Assembly (NCBI GenBank): GCA_026016245.1
Contig: CP061211.1
Span: 60,001 to 92,000, forward strand
Reading direction: 5' to 3'
Length of the DNA stretch: 32,000 nucleotides
Origin: Candidatus Pacearchaeota archaeon
Lineage (GTDB): Archaea; Nanobdellota; Nanobdellia; Pacearchaeales; UBA284
Part shown: positions 27,030 through 32,000 of the stretch, in pieces
Position numbering within the stretch: the stretch's first letter is position 1
How the letters are laid out: every line of letters begins with the position of its first letter
Made by a program: the position numbers and the translations under genes
Notes under the pieces: generated by a model
Databases searched by the model: none
Told to the model about the DNA's origin: nothing
What the model saw: the letters and a program-made list of their open reading frames with translations, nothing else

Positions 27030-27137
27030 GGGTATATATCGAAGTCTGGCAGAGCACCTGGCTCTTAATAAGGGCATATCCCTTATCAACCCTAAAGGAG
27101 ATACCAGGGTGTCGCGCGTTCGAATCGCGTCGGGCCC
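27030..27137 (+). tRNA. tRNA-Lys (CTT)-like locus with 35-nt intron (27068..27102) and a non-matching 5' end; possible pseudogene, att fragment or unusual tRNA
   Basis: Anticodon arm CCTGG-CTCTTA/ACCAGG, BHB central helix CTCT/GGAG, T arm GCGCG-TTCGAAT-CGCGT, 3' acceptor CGGGCCCA; but 5' GGGTATATATCGA does not pair properly. Confidence 0.7.
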
Positions 27138-27145
27138 ATAAAAAG

Positions 27146-27520
27146 ATGAAAAAGTATAATATTCTGAATGAAATTAATAAAGCAGTTGATTCTCATATAT
27201 TGGTTATTGTTGAGGGCAAAAAAGACAAAAAAGCTCTTGAAAAGATTGGTTTTGAGAATATTTTTATTTTACATGGTAGACCTCTTTATGTTCAAATAGA
27301 AAAAATTTCTTCTGAGGTAAAAGAATGTATCATATTGACAGATTTTGATAAAAAAGGCAAACAGTTGTATCATTGGCTAAAAAAAGAGCTTGTCAAGAAT
27401 GGAGTTAGGATAAATGATAGATTAAGGAGAGTAATACTGGGAGAAAAGGTCAGCCATATTGAGGGCTTAGCGACTTTTATACAGAATCAGAATAGAAAAA
27501 AAGTCAGACTAATAGCTTGA
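27146..27520 (+). CDS. Toprim-domain protein
   Basis: ILVIVEGKKDKKALEKIG ... CIILTDFDKKGKQLY. Confidence 0.85.
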   Translation: MKKYNILNEINKAVDSHILVIVEGKKDKKALEKIGFENIFILHGRPLYVQIEKISSEVKECIILTDFDKKGKQLYHWLKKELVKNGVRINDRLRRVILGEKVSHIEGLATFIQNQNRKKVRLIA

Positions 27521-27542
27521 TAAATCCTTTCTTTGTTTTTGT

Positions 27543-27809
27543 TTATTTTCTCTTTCTTTTGTGTTTCTTGTTGTTTGAGTTGATAAGTTTTAGACATTCA
27601 TTACAGAGAAACATTCCTTCATGTTTTGATAGAATGTCAAAGCCGCCACATTCCTCACATGTGCCTTCCTTGACCCATTTCTTCTCCATGAATTTAAGTT
27701 CCCTGAATTGCGCTTCTTTGAGTGCATCTGTGTCCTGCAAAAGATACCATTCAGTGAATCTTGTCATTCCATTAGCCTCTTCATCTCGAATTAAATTTTT
27801 TCTTTTCAT
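27543..27809 (-). CDS. Small zinc-ribbon protein (C4)
   Basis: CEECGGFDILSKHEGMFLCNECLKL. Confidence 0.75.
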   Translation of the reverse strand: MKRKNLIRDEEANGMTRFTEWYLLQDTDALKEAQFRELKFMEKKWVKEGTCEECGGFDILSKHEGMFLCNECLKLINSNNKKHKRKRK

Positions 27810-27986
27810 TTTCCTTAGCCACAGGTATATAATAAAGAACCCATATAAATACTTGAGCTATATAAAGTATATATGGTATATACCTCTAACAACTGCATGA
27901 TAATAACATGAAAAAAACCATTATTTTTTAGAATATAAATATTTAAAAGCATATAGAGTATATATTTTCTACAAAGGCTATTGGAA

Positions 27987-28943
27987 ATGGAAACTAGAAA
28001 AATCATTAAATTTGGAAACTCATCTCACATAATTTCTATTCCAAAGTCCTGGATGAAAGAAAACAAACTAAAGAAAGGTGATGTAGTGTATCTAAAACAG
28101 AATTCTAATGGCGAACTTTTAGTATTACCAAAAGAAAGAAGTGATATTATTTATAAAAAAGCTGTAATACATGCTACATCTAAAGATATGAAATTAATAC
28201 AAAGAGAAATTCTTGCCGCATATATTAAAGGTTTCAATGTTTTGTCAGTAACTGCACCAAATATCAAGGAAAAAATTCCGGAAATAAAAAAGAATTTGAA
28301 ACAATTCATTGGTATAGATATTATTGATAAAAATTCCAAAGAAATAGTTGCTGCCGATTTTCTTGATATTAACAATGTTTCAATTAAGAGCATAATCAGA
28401 AGAATAGATAATAATGTGAGAAGTATGTTTGAGGATCTTCAATTTTGTTTAGATAATCACAAAATCAATGAAAAAGAGTTTAATGAAATATACGAAACTG
28501 ATGGTGATGTTAATAAATTCTACTTCCTTTTATGGAAATTAACAGTTTATGGTCTTGAGAATCCCTCTATCTTGAATAAATGGGGTTTTAATTCAGTAGA
28601 GTTGACACATACTTGGTGGTTAGGTATGAATATGGAAAGAATTGGGGATGAATTAAAAAGAATCGCCCGTGAATTAAAACACAAGAAATTTAATAGGACA
28701 ACAATAAAAAAGATTTTAGAAATTTTTATAATCATTAAAAAAACTTATCTTGATGTGATGCATTCCTATTACAAGAAAGATATCAAGCTTGCTTATAATG
28801 CATCTTCAAAAAAAGAAGATATTATGAAAAGAGGTGATTCTATTTCAGCTAATAATCTGAAGGTTGGAAAAATATGTGAGAAATTGAAATCAGCTCAAAG
28901 TTATATTCATAATATGGCTAAATGTACAATTTACTTTACTTAA
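27987..28943 (+). CDS. PhoU-like protein with N-terminal AbrB/SpoVT-type DNA-binding segment
   Basis: RKIIKFGNSSHIISIPKSWMKENKLKKGDVVYL followed by PhoU-like helical region ERIGDELKRIAREL. Confidence 0.85.
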   Translation: METRKIIKFGNSSHIISIPKSWMKENKLKKGDVVYLKQNSNGELLVLPKERSDIIYKKAVIHATSKDMKLIQREILAAYIKGFNVLSVTAPNIKEKIPEIKKNLKQFIGIDIIDKNSKEIVAADFLDINNVSIKSIIRRIDNNVRSMFEDLQFCLDNHKINEKEFNEIYETDGDVNKFYFLLWKLTVYGLENPSILNKWGFNSVELTHTWWLGMNMERIGDELKRIARELKHKKFNRTTIKKILEIFIIIKKTYLDVMHSYYKKDIKLAYNASSKKEDIMKRGDSISANNLKVGKICEKLKSAQSYIHNMAKCTIYFT

Positions 28944-28944
28944 A

Positions 28945-30243
28945 ATGTTGAAACCATCACCAAAGGAAAAAAGTTCGATGTTAGGAGTAGAAATGTCAAG
29001 AGAGGAACTAGAAGAACATCTCTCATCAATTCTCTCTAGATATCTTGCTGGAGTAAAGGTTGTTGGTGTAGATGTTGTTCCTATAGAGAGATCTATTTTC
29101 AATAGGAGACAGGGAAATAAAACCCTAACAAATAAGATTACTATTAAAGATTATACAGCATATCCCTCTCCTGGTTCTAATTTACATCTTCCTATGAATT
29201 TTATAATTAAAAAAGATAAAGACGAAGCACATTATGCTTTGAGAAGAACAATATTAGATATATGCAACAAAGATCCACTTAGACCAGATAGATATAGTTC
29301 TTTTCTTGGTGCATGGGCAGGAACATTTCCTTATTGTTGGAGTGTAGGATATGAACCTTTTGATAAATTAAAATTAACTCTTTCTACTTTTGTTTCTGAA
29401 AAATCACTCGATGAAAGGATGAAAGAGCTTGTATCAGGAATAAATAATGGAAATTCAAAATTAATTGATGTTGAAATACTCAAGCAAGCAAATAATCCAA
29501 AAATAGTTATACATGAAAAATTATCTCTCTATGAAGGAGCAATAGTAAGAGATCTGAGAAGTAAAATAAGAGAACCTTCCTTAGAAGATTTAACTAAGAT
29601 TTACATGAATTCCCTTGTGTTTTTATCTGGAAAAGATGCTAAAGGATGGCCTAAATCTTTGAAAAAAGAAACAGAAAAAGCTTTTAAAAATCTGGCCAAA
29701 AAATACTTAGCTGAAGATAACCTTAAAACCTTAGATCAGTTTGATGGCTATCCTTGGCATAATTTATTTGTATGTTTAGTAGATCCTGGAAGTGTAAAAA
29801 GGATTTCAAGAGGGATTGGTTTGGCTGCTCAGTGGTGTTTCCCAACTATATTTAATTATTTCAAGAATCCAAAAACAACAATAAAAATTTTAACAGAAGA
29901 TTATGTTAAAAAAAGAAAAAATTTTTTAGAAGAATTGCAAATAAAAGATGCCCCAGAAATAAATCAGGAAGAATTGGAAAGAGCTATTTATTTTGGTGGT
30001 CTTTTTATAAATACTAGACATACTTCTGTAGTTGGGAATGGCTCTGATGAAGACATAAAACCATATATAAATTCAATTAAGACATTATTCAAGATTTGTG
30101 AAAACATAGAATCAGGTAATACAAAAAAATTGAGAAAACCATATGAGGAATTTGGTTTATTTGAAAAAAAATCTCTTGTTGGAAAAGTTGCATCCACAGC
30201 AAAATTAACAGCAAAACAAGTAACTAGAGTAATGAATAGTTAA
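28945..30243 (+). CDS. Protein of unknown function, 432 aa
   Basis: Long ORF immediately downstream of the PhoU-like gene; no family recognised by eye. Confidence 0.85.
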   Translation: MLKPSPKEKSSMLGVEMSREELEEHLSSILSRYLAGVKVVGVDVVPIERSIFNRRQGNKTLTNKITIKDYTAYPSPGSNLHLPMNFIIKKDKDEAHYALRRTILDICNKDPLRPDRYSSFLGAWAGTFPYCWSVGYEPFDKLKLTLSTFVSEKSLDERMKELVSGINNGNSKLIDVEILKQANNPKIVIHEKLSLYEGAIVRDLRSKIREPSLEDLTKIYMNSLVFLSGKDAKGWPKSLKKETEKAFKNLAKKYLAEDNLKTLDQFDGYPWHNLFVCLVDPGSVKRISRGIGLAAQWCFPTIFNYFKNPKTTIKILTEDYVKKRKNFLEELQIKDAPEINQEELERAIYFGGLFINTRHTSVVGNGSDEDIKPYINSIKTLFKICENIESGNTKKLRKPYEEFGLFEKKSLVGKVASTAKLTAKQVTRVMNS

Positions 30244-30244
30244 A

Positions 30245-30823
30245 TCACTCTTCCCATTGTCCTGATTCTTTTCTCCTACAATTTGCGCAAAGATATCTGT
30301 TACCTATCTTATAAAGTAAATCAAAAACACCACATTCATGGCAAGGTCCCTCTCTCACCCAACGAAATTCATCCACTGCCCTGATACGCTTCCATTTCTC
30401 TTCTTCCTCCGCAATCTTAACATTCTGGAAAGCAATATCAAAAAGATCTGGCTGTATTTTCAGAATGTCCTTCTCTGTAAGAAAGCCAATAACCTTATGA
30501 TTAACAAGAACAGGAAGCCATCTTACTCTTTTCTTTTTCATAGTCACAAGAGCATCAAAAATGTCCTTCCCAGGCTTGATTCCATGAACTTTCTTTGTCA
30601 TTATCTTATTTACCTTGGTCTTTTTTTTATTGAGACTTTTGGCCATGGCCCTTACTAAATCACCTTCTGTAACTATTCCTTTCAACATTTGATCAGATCT
30701 GACAATAACAGAACCAACTCCCTTTTTAACCATAATTTTAGCACATTCAACCATAGTTATATCTGGCTTTATTGACACAAATTTCCTGGTCATGACATCA
30801 CCTACTTTAATCCCGACTTTCAT
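30245..30823 (-). CDS. CBS-domain pair protein with C-terminal zinc ribbon
   Basis: Two CBS motifs (GDVMTRKFVSIKPDITMVECAKIMVKKGVGSVIV; VNKIMTKKVHGIKPGKDIFDALVTMKKKRVRWLPVL) then CHECGVFDLLYKIGNRYLCANC. Confidence 0.93.
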   Translation of the reverse strand: MKVGIKVGDVMTRKFVSIKPDITMVECAKIMVKKGVGSVIVRSDQMLKGIVTEGDLVRAMAKSLNKKKTKVNKIMTKKVHGIKPGKDIFDALVTMKKKRVRWLPVLVNHKVIGFLTEKDILKIQPDLFDIAFQNVKIAEEEEKWKRIRAVDEFRWVREGPCHECGVFDLLYKIGNRYLCANCRRKESGQWEE

Positions 30824-30845
30824 AAACGCAGATAGTTATTTTGTT

Positions 30846-32000
30846 TTAAATAGTTTTTGTTAAGAAATCTTTTATTTCTGGAAGATGGGGAATTAGTATT
30901 TTACTCCAAGTTTCATAATTATATTCATAAGATATTTCTTTAAGTATATCTATGGGGATAAAATCACTTTTTACAATAGAAGATTCTTTTGGTCTTACAT
31001 TTCCATCTGTTTGGATAGCATAAATAAATCCAAAATGAACTCTATCTACTGGTTTTTCACTTGCCATTAATGTTCCAACAAGAACTGGTTCTGATGATTG
31101 TTTTTCAAATTTTACTTCTTCTTCATGAACTTCACGTTTTACACAATTTAACAAATAGTCTGGCCTGTCAGATTCATTTATGTGACCTCCAACACCAATA
31201 GAATACTTACCAAAAAGTCTAGAATCTCCATATGCTTTTATATCCTTTGTTCTAACATAATAAAAAACTTCATCTTTATTATTATCTTTTCTAAAAATTA
31301 AAACATAAGGCACTATTTGTAATATCTCTTGATCTTCCTCACAATCATATCTTAATGAAAACATAGGAGCCGCTTGTACGAGTTTTTCCAAATTCTTTGC
31401 TTTGGTTGGAGTTATAATTTCAAAACCTTCTTTAGAGTCACGAAATTCAAGCAGTTCTCTTTTTGGTAAAGCTAATACTTTTCTGTTTAATTTTTTGTAG
31501 TCTTTCCCAAGTTTCGGGAAATCTACTTTTTTAAAATTATTTGATAGCCTAGGTCCTATTTGTCCATTATAACTAGAACCTTTGTCTTTTCCATAACATT
31601 TTTTTGGAGTTAAACCACGGAAAATCTGTAGTTCGCTTATAGCCATTCCATCTCTCAAAATCATTGGAGAAATTTCTTCAGATCTAACCTCAAAAACAGC
31701 ACATCCATTAAAACCATTATCAAAAAAACCTGCAAAATGTAACGGCCCATGTATGCCAACATGTGAATGGTCTTTTAATTCAGCGCTTAGGTTTGATGGA
31801 ATTTTAATATATTCTTTTGAAGATAATAAATAACACTTTCCTGGTTTGATTTCTACTGTGTTATTTTTCATGATTATAGGCTCAAAATATTCTTCAACAT
31901 TATATCCCTCTTTTTCCTTAATATCTATGGGAATAGGGTTATTCCTTGCTTTAAATCCAACTATCCCAGAAGTTTGTTTTCCTGAAATATCTAAAGTTAA
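30846..32000 (-). CDS. dCTP deaminase (Dcd, long proteobacterial-like form) fused to a C-terminal Nudix domain; 5' end beyond right window edge
   Basis: Frame stays open to 32000 (LTLDISGKQTSGIVGFKARNNPIPIDIKEKEGYNVEEYFEPII before the ORF-track Met); HFAGFFDNGFN...FEVRS...SYNGQIGPRLSNNF plus Nudix GVGGHINESDRPDYLLNCVKREVHEEEV. Confidence 0.82.
   Translation of the reverse strand, partial: LTLDISGKQTSGIVGFKARNNPIPIDIKEKEGYNVEEYFEPIIMKNNTVEIKPGKCYLLSSKEYIKIPSNLSAELKDHSHVGIHGPLHFAGFFDNGFNGCAVFEVRSEEISPMILRDGMAISELQIFRGLTPKKCYGKDKGSSYNGQIGPRLSNNFKKVDFPKLGKDYKKLNRKVLALPKRELLEFRDSKEGFEIITPTKAKNLEKLVQAAPMFSLRYDCEEDQEILQIVPYVLIFRKDNNKDEVFYYVRTKDIKAYGDSRLFGKYSIGVGGHINESDRPDYLLNCVKREVHEEEVKFEKQSSEPVLVGTLMASEKPVDRVHFGFIYAIQTDGNVRPKESSIVKSDFIPIDILKEISYEYNYETWSKILIPHLPEIKDFLTKTI

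Noticed and set aside
1-32000. CRISPR array, transposase or integrase
   Set aside because: No regularly spaced direct repeats and no recognisable Cas, transposase or tyrosine-recombinase proteins in any listed ORF; the only tandem repeat is the coding 42-bp unit.

Overview
AT-rich archaeal chromosomal window. The compact gene content and archaeal/eukaryotic-type informational genes suggest a DPANN lineage (Nanoarchaeota/Woesearchaeota/Pacearchaeota-like), but this is inference. Core blocks: a pilus/archaellum-like secretion ATPase with two TadC/FlaJ-like membrane proteins; an L7Ae-S28e-L24e ribosomal cluster; a large NEW3-type surface protein; Kae1; a str-like operon (S12-S7-EF2-aIF2beta) with eIF1A, a DUF424 protein and a KH-domain protein; a surface-protein/Lon-like protease/Trm5/signal peptidase/TFS block; and a PhoU-like / CBS-Zn-ribbon / dCTP deaminase-Nudix block. 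Two tRNA genes (Asn, Ile) carry introns at 37/38. A third tRNA-like locus (Lys-CTT) has an intact intron, anticodon arm, T arm and 3' acceptor strand, but its first ~13 nt do not match the rest. A plus-strand accessory island between Kae1 and a lysine-rich mini-protein carries a nucleoside deoxyribosyltransferase-like gene, a truncated Fic remnant, a PAS-GGDEF protein and a receiver-only protein whose phospho-acceptor Asp is Asn. Other notable items: a NagZ-like GH3 enzyme in an archaeon, a perfect 42-bp in-frame tandem repeat in a SEC-C protein, an AEP-primase/phosphoesterase/metallopeptidase operon, and three CDSs absent or truncated in the supplied ORF track (1..589 minus, 13751..13903 minus, 30846..32000 minus). 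No clear new defence or mobile system is demonstrated. No CRISPR array, rRNA or intact transposase was seen.
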